A stretch of 47,835 nucleotides of DNA from an uncultured Collinsella sp. GTDB taxonomy: Bacteria; Actinomycetota; Coriobacteriia; Coriobacteriales; Coriobacteriaceae. The notes under the pieces were generated by a model, which saw only the letters and a program-made list of their open reading frames with translations, was not told the origin of the DNA and ran no database searches. The number at the start of each line of letters is the position of its first letter. Within the stretch, counting starts at the first letter, position 1. Shown here piece after piece: positions 26,886 to 36,993 of this stretch. The position numbers were made by a program, and so were the translations under genes. Location of the stretch: positions 1-47,835 of the forward strand of contig CABSNA010000001.1 of NCBI GenBank assembly GCA_902478865.1, written 5' to 3'.

Positions 26886-27656
26886 CTACTTCTTCTTGTG
26901 CGGGCGCGGCTTCTTCTCGCGACGAGTGACCTCAACCTGCAGCGGAGCGTTCTTAAGACGCTCCTCCTCATCGGCCTTCGCCTTGTCGATGACCTTCTGC
27001 GTCACAAAAATCTGCTGGATAACCTGCCAAGCAGACGAGACGTCGTAGTACAGCAGAACACCAACGGGAAGGCTCCAGCCCATCCAAAGCATCATGACCG
27101 TCATGACAACGGCCATCATACGCATGCTCTGAGCCTGCTGGCCGGTCTGGTTGCGCGACATATAGAGCTGCGGAATCAGGGTCAGGACGGCAAACAGGAT
27201 CAGGCAAACCAGCGCAGGCAGTGCAACCATAAAGCCATCGGCAAAGGAAGCGCTCGGCGTGGTGGTCAGGTCGGGCAGGATGTTGAAGAACGAGAACGTG
27301 CCGTCGTTAAAGTACTGCGGCAGGTTGCGCAGCAATGTAAACAGGGCGAACAAGATAGGCATCTGAATCAGCAGCGGCAGACAGCCAGCCATGGGGTTGA
27401 ACTTGTTCTCGCTGTAGAACTTCTGCATCTCCTCGGCCTGACGCTGGGGATCGTCGGCATAGCGCTCCTGGATCTCGAGCATCTTGGGCTGCAGCACCTG
27501 CATGCGAGCCGTCGACTTGGTCGACTTGAGCATAAGCGGCGTCAGCAGCAGACGGATGATGACCACCAGAATGATGATGGACAGGCCCCAGTCGACCGCA
27601 AAGGTCTGGATGAGCTTGAGCAGCTCGAAAAGGATGTTAACGATCCAATCCCACAT
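26886..27656 (-). CDS. yidC: Membrane protein insertase YidC/Oxa1
   Basis: WGLSIIILVVIIR..P, LQPK and NPMAGCLPLLIQMPI; conserved synteny. Confidence 0.96.
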   Translation of the reverse strand: MWDWIVNILFELLKLIQTFAVDWGLSIIILVVIIRLLLTPLMLKSTKSTARMQVLQPKMLEIQERYADDPQRQAEEMQKFYSENKFNPMAGCLPLLIQMPILFALFTLLRNLPQYFNDGTFSFFNILPDLTTTPSASFADGFMVALPALVCLILFAVLTLIPQLYMSRNQTGQQAQSMRMMAVVMTVMMLWMGWSLPVGVLLYYDVSSAWQVIQQIFVTQKVIDKAKADEEERLKNAPLQVEVTRREKKPRPHKKK

Positions 27657-27685
27657 GTAAGTTTTCCTCCGATAGCGAGTGCCCG

Positions 27686-27910
27686 CTAGGGCACAGGGTC
27701 ATAACCGCCGACGTGCAGGGGATTGCAGCGAGCGATGCGCCTCACGGCAAGCCAGCAGCCTCTCAAAACACCGTGCTTCTCAATCGCCTGGATGGCGTAT
27801 TGCGAGCACGTTGGATAATAAATGCAGGCGTCAGGCAATAAGGGCGAAATAACCTGTTGATATATGCGAATAGGAGCGATGGCAACACGTCGCAAAACGT
27901 GATTGCTCAT
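27686..27910 (-). CDS. yidD: Membrane protein insertion efficiency factor
   Basis: [31 protein letters not shown]. Confidence 0.96.
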   Translation of the reverse strand: MSNHVLRRVAIAPIRIYQQVISPLLPDACIYYPTCSQYAIQAIEKHGVLRGCWLAVRRIARCNPLHVGGYDPVP

Positions 27911-28245
27911 CGCTCCTCCCCGGCAACGCCGGCGCGCTTCATAAGCGAACGCAACGCCTTGTCCATCTCCTGCGGTGAGGAAACCCTCGTCTTGGGAGTT
28001 GCAAACAAGATGATGTCATAACCCGCAACGGGAAATCCGCAGCTGCGGGCGGCCTCGCGCATCACACGCTTAGATCGGTTGCGCACGACGGCACAACCGA
28101 GTCGCTTAGCACCAACGAAGGCGACCCTTCCGGAGTCGCCTTCGCCAACCGATTCACATATGGTCATTCGAATCAGAGGGTGATTGAAACGACGCCCCTG
28201 ACTGAACACATGCTCGAAATCTTGCCGAGACTTAATAGTCTTCAT
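27907..28245 (-). CDS. rnpA: RNase P protein component
   Basis: RNR motif [18 protein letters not shown]; synteny with rpmH. Confidence 0.95.
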   Translation of the reverse strand: MKTIKSRQDFEHVFSQGRRFNHPLIRMTICESVGEGDSGRVAFVGAKRLGCAVVRNRSKRVMREAARSCGFPVAGYDIILFATPKTRVSSPQEMDKALRSLMKRAGVAGEER

Positions 28246-28265
28246 GCGAGATGTGTGTATCGCTG

Positions 28266-28400
28266 CTAGACAGTGAGACGCTTGCGGCCCTTGGCGCGAC
28301 GACGGGCGAGCACGGCACGACCACCCTTAGTGGCCATACGGGCACGGAAGCCATGGGTCTTGGCACGCTTACGCTTATTAGGCTGATACGTACGCTTCAT
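28266..28400 (-). CDS. rpmH: 50S ribosomal protein L34
   Basis: [25 protein letters not shown] at 28400 after AGGAGG. Confidence 0.98.
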   Translation of the reverse strand: MKRTYQPNKRKRAKTHGFRARMATKGGRAVLARRRAKGRKRLTV

Positions 28401-28599
28401 CTTAAGTTCCTCCTGCTGCATTTCGAGTGTCCGCGGGGACGCGGACGCAGATATAGACACGTGAGCTTGAAGATTGTAGGGAAATCAATGTTCAAATGTC
28501 AAGAAATCAAAGGTAAAAGGTTGCGCAGTTCACACGGTTCCCCCATAAGCACAACCGAAATTTGCGCCTCATGGCAACCTTTCACGATATTTCATCGAG

Positions 28600-28733
28600 T
28601 TTTCAACAGGTCATGTTGGCAATGTTGAGAACTTTTCGCCCGTTTTCCAAAGTTTTCAACAGGTTTTGAAAAGTTGTCGAAAGATGAGAAACGTTGCACG
28701 GTGAGCTACTATTTGTTCGAAACCTTTTGAAAG
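28600..28733. promoter_or_regulatory. Cluster of DnaA-box-like 9-mers upstream of the GHKL gene/dnaA operon
   Basis: ttttcaaca (28600, 28653), tgttgagaa (28623), ttttccaaa (28643), ttttgaaaa (28664), tgtcgaaag (28675), tgttcgaaa (28714). Confidence 0.6.
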
Positions 28734-28745
28734 ATTGCGAGCGGC

Positions 28746-30098
28746 ATGTCTGACGACTTTTACACCATGGTCGATTCCGGAGACCCGGCACCCGACAACG
28801 AGCACATCACCGGCGTGCGCGAAGAGCGTGCGGAAGGCGAGCAGACGACCACGCAGGCGCCAAAAGCCATGTACGCCGCGCGCATCGCCGTCTATGACGA
28901 CATGCTGTCGACACCGCGGGTGATCGTCATTGATCCGCAAGATGTCCGCACGTATTTGGAAGAGACGACCAACACCGTCTACCAGTGCATGAAAGAACAA
29001 GGTGGCCACATCTCGCTCATGGTCATCCGCGAGATTGTCGAAAACTTTATCCACGCACACTTTGCCGAGCCCATCATCTCGATTCTGGACGGCGGAGACA
29101 CCATCCGCTTTGCTGACCAAGGACCCGGCATCGACGACAAGGAACGTGCTTTCGACTTTGGCGTTACCAGCGCAAACAGCAAGATGAAGCGCTATATCCG
29201 TGGAACCGGAGCAGGGTTTCCCATGGTGCAGGAGTATTTGGAAAACGCCGGCGGTGCCGTATCCATCGAGGACAACATGGGCAACGGCACCGTGGTTACG
29301 GTAAGCCTGAACCCTAAACGCGTGCAGGAAATCGAGCGTGCCGGCGGACGCGGCGCTGCCGTGCGGCCCGAGACGGAGCAGCCCACATATCCCCTGCCGG
29401 GAGCTTTTGCGCAGCAGCCCATGGCAACGCAGCAGATGCAGCCCCCCGTGGGACAGATGCAGCAGCCCGGAATGCCTCCTACACAAGAACCCCAAGCGGC
29501 ATCGATGTCGATGCCGCCAAGCATGCCAGAGGCCATGTCGCTGGCGGATCAGGATACAGCAGCAATGCAGCAGGCGACAGGGGCACCGGGTGGCCAGCAA
29601 ATGGGCTATCAGCCGTACCAACAGGGATATCCATATCAGCAGATGCCGCCACTGGGGTACGGCCAACCGTTCCCGCAGCAGTACCAGCAGGGATATCAGC
29701 AGCCGTACCAGCAGATGCCGCAGCAGCAGTACAACCCCTGGGCCCAGCAGATGCCTCCGCAGTCTTACCAACAGTGGCCTCAAAGTTTTCAACAGCAAAT
29801 GCCGCCGATGCAGAGTTCTCAACAACCAGCAGCTCAAATGATGTATCCTAATGCAGCAAATCAGTATGCGCAGCCACAACCGGACGTGTTCGTAAGCGAT
29901 CGCGGCAACGCCGCGCTGGGCTATCTGGCGCAAAATCAAGCGTGCGGCGCAACCGATCTTGCGAGGGCGTTTGGAAACTCGGCCCCCACTTGGTCACGCA
30001 CGCTCAATGACTTGGCGCAGGCCGGCTTGGTCATCAAGCATGGCCAGAAATACCATCTGACCGAACTCGGCGCCGCTCGCGTGCGAGCTCAGAGCTAA
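28746..30098 (+). CDS. GHKL (HATPase_c) ATP-binding protein with Q/P/Y-rich linker and C-terminal winged helix
   Basis: N-box REIVENFIHAH, G1 DQGPGI, G2 GTGAGF, G3 GNGTVVTV; C-terminal GATDLARAFGNSAPTWSRTLNDLAQAGLVIK..YHLTELG. Confidence 0.85.
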   Translation: MSDDFYTMVDSGDPAPDNEHITGVREERAEGEQTTTQAPKAMYAARIAVYDDMLSTPRVIVIDPQDVRTYLEETTNTVYQCMKEQGGHISLMVIREIVENFIHAHFAEPIISILDGGDTIRFADQGPGIDDKERAFDFGVTSANSKMKRYIRGTGAGFPMVQEYLENAGGAVSIEDNMGNGTVVTVSLNPKRVQEIERAGGRGAAVRPETEQPTYPLPGAFAQQPMATQQMQPPVGQMQQPGMPPTQEPQAASMSMPPSMPEAMSLADQDTAAMQQATGAPGGQQMGYQPYQQGYPYQQMPPLGYGQPFPQQYQQGYQQPYQQMPQQQYNPWAQQMPPQSYQQWPQSFQQQMPPMQSSQQPAAQMMYPNAANQYAQPQPDVFVSDRGNAALGYLAQNQACGATDLARAFGNSAPTWSRTLNDLAQAGLVIKHGQKYHLTELGAARVRAQS

Positions 30099-30113
30099 AG
30101 AACGGGAGAGACA

Positions 30114-31838
30114 GTGGACGAGGAAGCAAGCATCATCTTGGGGGATGCCATCGCCTTTTGCCAGCGCGACGGCCAAGATGCACGCCTCATCAACATGCTG
30201 GGGCAATCGCGCGCCATAAGCCTGACCGAAGATACGCTCACGATCGAGGCCCCCTCGCGCTTTGCCATCGCGCAGCTCAAAAAGCATCAGCCGACTATTG
30301 AGGCTTATCTGGAAGAAATCGCCTTTGCACCGATTGCGCTCGACATCGTGGCGCCGCAAGGCGCCGCGACGGAATCCGCTGCCGCGACGGCGCCCGCCAC
30401 GGCTCCCGCTGCTTCCCCGACGGTACCAGCCTCCGCAAGCGACGTGCCGACAATCGAGCACCAGCACAGCGATGTTTCCCGTGAAACCATGGCACCGTTG
30501 CCGGCCGCGGCGGCGACGTCAACGAACGCACCCGTCACGCACATGCCCATCGCTCACGACGCAGCGGCGGGCGCGGATTCGGGCATTGCAATCAAGAACA
30601 CGCTCTCGGCCGATGATTTTCGTCGCATGATGAACCAGATGAAGGGCGGAGCGCCGACTAAATCCACGCAAGCTGCGACCCCCGCCTCACCCATGCCAGC
30701 ACCGACCGTGCCGGCCGAGCAGAATACGGATGGAGCCCCACTCGCCGCGAACTCAAAATTCACCTTTGAGAACTTTGTCTACGGCCCCGAGAACAGCCAT
30801 GCCTATCGCTCGGCCCTCAAGTTTGCCGCACTCGCGGACGAGCGCGGCACATGCACATCACTGTTCATCTACGGCAAATCGGGCCTGGGCAAGACGCACC
30901 TGCTGCTTGCCATCAAAAACGAGCTCGCCGAGAAGTCGCCCGAGATCAAGGTCAAGTATGCCAACTCCCAGGCATATCTGGACGACCTGATGACCGAGTT
31001 CGACCGTCAAAAGAAGAGCAACGCCCCCATCATGCAGGCGTACCACGGCGTGGACGTGCTCATCATCGATGACATCCAAAACATCATCGGCAAGCGCGCG
31101 AGCGTGGACTACTTCTTCCAGCTCATGGACGAGTTCATCCGCAACAACAAGAAGGTCGTCATCGCGGCAGACCGCGCCCCCAAGGACCTGAGCATGGACG
31201 AGCGTCTGACCAGCCGCTTCAACGCCGGCATGCTCTGCCTGGTCGCAGAGCCAAGCTACGAGATGAAATACAAGATCTTGCAGCGCTATTACGAGAACAC
31301 CATCGTCGCCGCTCCCGAGGCGGGCGACGACTCGCTGCTGGCGGCCTATGGGGGCGACGGCGGGCACCTGACCGACGAACACTTTAAACACATGGCCGAG
31401 GTCTCGGGCACCAACATCCGCGAACTCGAGAGCTTTTGCGAGCGCTGCGCCGGCGAGGCGGGCGACCGCGAGCGCGAGGGCGGAGAGCTCACCTTTGACG
31501 ATATCGACGCCATCGCCAGCCAGTACTTCGACACATCGGCCAAAAAGATCAACGTCCAGACGGTTCAGTCCGTCATCGAAGAGCAGTACGGCGTGACACA
31601 CGAGGAGCTCATCGGCCCGCGTCGCAACGCCAATATCGCCAAAGCACGCCATATCGCTATCTACCTGGCCATCGAGATGTGCGAAATGACGACCACGGCG
31701 GTGGGCGCCGAATTTGGCAACCGCAACCATTCGACCGTCAGCACGAGCTACAAAAAGGTCCAGAAGATGATCCAGGAAGACCGCACCGTCACCGAAGACC
31801 TCAAGTCGCTGCGCGATAAAATTACACTGCGCTCGTAG
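30114..31838 (+). CDS. dnaA: Chromosomal replication initiator DnaA (long domain II)
   Basis: FTFENFV, Walker A GKSGLGKT, Walker B IIDDIQ, RLTSRF, NIRELE, domain IV ARHIAIYL..RNHSTV. Confidence 0.97.
   Translation: MDEEASIILGDAIAFCQRDGQDARLINMLGQSRAISLTEDTLTIEAPSRFAIAQLKKHQPTIEAYLEEIAFAPIALDIVAPQGAATESAAATAPATAPAASPTVPASASDVPTIEHQHSDVSRETMAPLPAAAATSTNAPVTHMPIAHDAAAGADSGIAIKNTLSADDFRRMMNQMKGGAPTKSTQAATPASPMPAPTVPAEQNTDGAPLAANSKFTFENFVYGPENSHAYRSALKFAALADERGTCTSLFIYGKSGLGKTHLLLAIKNELAEKSPEIKVKYANSQAYLDDLMTEFDRQKKSNAPIMQAYHGVDVLIIDDIQNIIGKRASVDYFFQLMDEFIRNNKKVVIAADRAPKDLSMDERLTSRFNAGMLCLVAEPSYEMKYKILQRYYENTIVAAPEAGDDSLLAAYGGDGGHLTDEHFKHMAEVSGTNIRELESFCERCAGEAGDREREGGELTFDDIDAIASQYFDTSAKKINVQTVQSVIEEQYGVTHEELIGPRRNANIAKARHIAIYLAIEMCEMTTTAVGAEFGNRNHSTVSTSYKKVQKMIQEDRTVTEDLKSLRDKITLRS
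30473..30488. other. parS-like site inside dnaA
   Basis: tgtttcccgtgaaacc, 2 mismatches to consensus; encodes DVSRET. Confidence 0.6.
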
Positions 31839-32076
31839 GGAAATAGAGACACCTGTTGAAAACTTGTCGAAACCACGGGCATAAGGTGTCTAAAACCCAA
31901 CCCGCGGTGATGAAAAGTTTTGCGCAGGTTTTGAACGTGGAAAACCGCCCCCGTTGCACACAGGTTGCTGTCGATTCTCTTTCTGGGTCTGACCTGCGTC
32001 TTTGGGAGTAATCAACAGTTTCGTCAGTGCTATTACTATTATTAAGATATTTATATCTATAGAAAGGTATTAAAAG
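31839..32076. other. oriC unwinding region between dnaA and dnaN
   Basis: Box-like 9-mers tgttgaaaa (31854), tgtctaaaa (31887), tgatgaaaa (31908), cgtggaaaa (31936), taatcaaca (32009); DnaA-trio-like CTA TTA CTA TTA TTA (32030-32044); AT-rich tract to about 32075. Confidence 0.88.
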
Positions 32077-33180
32077 ATGAAGTTCACCGTCAGCCAGAGC
32101 TCGCTTACACAAGCCATCGGCGTCGTTATGAAGGGCGTCGCTTCGGCATCCACCCTTCCCATCCTGTCGGGCGTGCTCGTCAAGGCGCAAGACGGCATCT
32201 TGGAATTCCAGACCTCTAACTACACCATCTCGATCCGTCATCGCATCGCGGCGCATGTCGAAGAAGAGGGCGAGATGGTTATCCCCTGTAAGATGCTCTC
32301 CAATATCACCAAGACCCTCCCCGATGCCCCGGTCACCTTTGAGCTGTCCGAGCGCCAGGTGCTGATTGGTTGCGAGAAGAGCTCGTTCCGCCTGAACACG
32401 CTCGATGCCAATGACTTCCCCGAGTTTCCGGCCTATGCCATCGAGAGTGCTGTGGAGCTGCCGACCGATATCTTGTCCGAAATGGTCGGCCGCGTGTGGC
32501 GCGTCACCTCGACCGACAAGGCCCGCCCCATCCTGGGTGGCGTGCACATGAAGGTCGAGAACAACACCGTGCGCCTGGTGGCGACCGATTCCTTCCGCTT
32601 GGCCGTGTGCGATACGCAGGTTGAGACCTCGACCCTCGAAGGTTCCTTTGAGCTCAACGTTCCGGCCGACGCCTTCAACGACGCGCTGAACATCATGGCC
32701 AGCCAGGCGACCATCATGATCGGGGCTACCGACACCCAGGTCGTCTTTGAGGCCGGCAACACCACCTACGTGTCGCGCCGCATCGAGGGCGTGTACCCCA
32801 ACTACAAGCAGCTCATCCCCGATTCGTGCGTGACGAGCGTCAAGATCGACGTCGCCGCCTTTAACGCCGCCCTCAAGCGCGTGGCCGTTATCGCGAGCGC
32901 CAACCCCGCCGTCAAGTTCGAGATCGATGTCGAGAACGGGCAGATGGGCCTGTCCTCCATTTCCAATGACCAGGACCTTGCGCAAGAGACGATCGATGTC
33001 GAGGCCGAGGGCGAGTCGGGTACCATCGCCTTCAACTACCACTACATCTTCGGCTGCCTCAATGCCCTGTCCAAGGAGAAGGAGATCACGCTGGAGCTCA
33101 AGAGCTACTCGCAGGCGGGCATCTTCAAGTCCTACGACAAGATCAACTACCTGTACCTGGTCATGCCGGTCCGCATCTAG
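32077..33180 (+). CDS. dnaN: DNA polymerase III beta clamp
   Basis: LPILSGV, DFPEFP, RPILGGV, VATDSFRLA, YPNY and LVMPVR. Confidence 0.97.
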   Translation: MKFTVSQSSLTQAIGVVMKGVASASTLPILSGVLVKAQDGILEFQTSNYTISIRHRIAAHVEEEGEMVIPCKMLSNITKTLPDAPVTFELSERQVLIGCEKSSFRLNTLDANDFPEFPAYAIESAVELPTDILSEMVGRVWRVTSTDKARPILGGVHMKVENNTVRLVATDSFRLAVCDTQVETSTLEGSFELNVPADAFNDALNIMASQATIMIGATDTQVVFEAGNTTYVSRRIEGVYPNYKQLIPDSCVTSVKIDVAAFNAALKRVAVIASANPAVKFEIDVENGQMGLSSISNDQDLAQETIDVEAEGESGTIAFNYHYIFGCLNALSKEKEITLELKSYSQAGIFKSYDKINYLYLVMPVRI

Positions 33181-33189
33181 CGCTGCGCC

Positions 33190-34296
33190 ATGACCATGTT
33201 CGCCCGCGATCTTTCCGTCGCGCACTACCGCAGCTTCGATAGCTATCGTCTTGCCCTGGACGAGGGCGTGACGATACTTGCGGGACCCAACGCGGCGGGA
33301 AAGACCAATCTCATAGAGGCGCTGCAGCTGCTGACGAGCGGCGCCTCGTTTAGGCATCCGACCGCAGCCGAGCTCGTCCATGACGGCGTGGGCTCGTGCA
33401 AGGTCGAGCTGAGGCTCGAGGGCGACGGCCGCGTGCTTGATATGGGATTGAGCGCGGAGGACGGTAAGCGCTCGTTTAGCCGCAACGGCAAGAGATGCTC
33501 TGCCGCCGGTGTGCGCGGGGTTCTGCCGAGCGTGCTGTTTTGCCCCGACCATCTGGACATGGTTAAGCGGGGCGCCAGTGTGCGCCGCGCCGCCCTCGAT
33601 GACTTTGGCATGCAACTGAGCGCACGCTATGCCGATCTTGCGAGCACCTATGGGCGCTGCGTGACCCAGCGCAACGCCTTGCTCAAGGAAACCTGGTGCT
33701 GCCGTGAGATGCTCGGCGCGTGGAACGATTCGATTGCCCGCGCGGGCGCGGCTCTGCTCGTGCACCGGTTGGCCCTGCTCGACCGGCTGGCGGGCCATGT
33801 GCACACTGCCTACGGGCAAGTGGCATCCGGTGAGGCTGCCAACGTGACCTATACGTCCACGCTGGGGGATTTGCCCCAGGTCGAGGATCGCGAAGAGCTT
33901 AAGGGCTGGGCGTACGAGCGCATGCTGGCTGCCCTTGATGAGCACGCCGACGAGGAAATTCGCCGCGGCGTGACGTTGGTGGGACCGCATCGCGACGAGA
34001 TTGAGTTTACCGTGGCGGGTCGCTCCGCCCGTTCATTTGCCAGCCAAGGTCAGCAGCGAACGTTGGTTCTGGCCTGGAAGGTGGCGGAGGTGGCCGTGGC
34101 TCGCGATGTCTTGGGCACCGCCCCACTGCTGCTTTTGGATGACGTGATGAGCGAACTCGACGGCGAACGCCGCGGTGCTTTCCTGCGGCTGATCGGCGAT
34201 GATATCCAGACGGTCATAACCACGACCAACCTGGGGTACTTTACCGATGACCTGCTTGATCGAGCCAAGGTGGTGAGCATGGGTGAGACGTGCTAA
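33190..34296 (+). CDS. recF: DNA replication/repair protein RecF
   Basis: GPNAAGKTN, GPHRDE, SQGQQR and LLLDDVMSELD. Confidence 0.97.
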   Translation: MTMFARDLSVAHYRSFDSYRLALDEGVTILAGPNAAGKTNLIEALQLLTSGASFRHPTAAELVHDGVGSCKVELRLEGDGRVLDMGLSAEDGKRSFSRNGKRCSAAGVRGVLPSVLFCPDHLDMVKRGASVRRAALDDFGMQLSARYADLASTYGRCVTQRNALLKETWCCREMLGAWNDSIARAGAALLVHRLALLDRLAGHVHTAYGQVASGEAANVTYTSTLGDLPQVEDREELKGWAYERMLAALDEHADEEIRRGVTLVGPHRDEIEFTVAGRSARSFASQGQQRTLVLAWKVAEVAVARDVLGTAPLLLLDDVMSELDGERRGAFLRLIGDDIQTVITTTNLGYFTDDLLDRAKVVSMGETC

Positions 34297-34846
34297 TTAC
34301 GAGCGCGAGAGCGAGACAGTCGCCTTCAGTGGGTTTTTGAACGCAGAGCGCCAGCGCATCCTGGCGGCCGCAACGCCTAAGCGCCGTGCGCAGATGGAGG
34401 CTGCCGAGGAGTCGCGCGCGATCTATCGCGCGTGGAACGCGGTGTGCTCGGGCACGCGCGAGGGGCGGCATGTGACGGGCCTGCGCTACCTGCCCGAGTC
34501 CAATGAGCTGCTGGTATATCTCGATTCGCCCTCGTGGACGCAGGAAATGACGCTGTTGCGTGAGATCATCCGCGCGCGCATGGAGCGCGCCGGTGCGCAT
34601 GTGGACGGCCTGGTGTTCAAAACCACCGCACCCGGTCACACGCCGCCCGCCGCCAAGGAGCGCCTGCGCCCGGCGACGACCGAGCGCCCGCCGGCCCCGT
34701 ACGCCGACCTAAGCGAGGCCGAGCGCACCGAGATTGAGCGCCAAGTGGCACCCATCGAAGACCAAAAACTGCGCGAGGCCCTCGAGAATGCCATGAGAGC
34801 CAGTGCCGAGTGGGCCAAGGGCGTGCAAAGCAAAAAAGAGCCTTAA
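34283..34846 (+). CDS. DciA/DUF721 family protein (helicase-loading associated)
   Basis: Lies between recF and gyrB; W..ELLVYLDSPSWTQEM resembles the DUF721 core. Confidence 0.75.
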   Translation: MRRANYERESETVAFSGFLNAERQRILAAATPKRRAQMEAAEESRAIYRAWNAVCSGTREGRHVTGLRYLPESNELLVYLDSPSWTQEMTLLREIIRARMERAGAHVDGLVFKTTAPGHTPPAAKERLRPATTERPPAPYADLSEAERTEIERQVAPIEDQKLREALENAMRASAEWAKGVQSKKEP

Positions 34847-34872
34847 ATCGCATCTGGTGGCCTTGTAGAGCC

Positions 34873-34902
34873 AAATACCCTCGTTCCCGAGGGTATTTTT
34901 TT
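34873..34902 (+). terminator. Hairpin with T tract between dciA and gyrB
   Basis: Perfect 11-bp stem aaataccctcg / cgagggtattt followed by a T run. Confidence 0.75.
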
Positions 34903-34909
34903 ACGATAA

Positions 34910-36982
<2,073 letters not shown>

Positions 36983-36993
36983 GAGGAGGTAAC

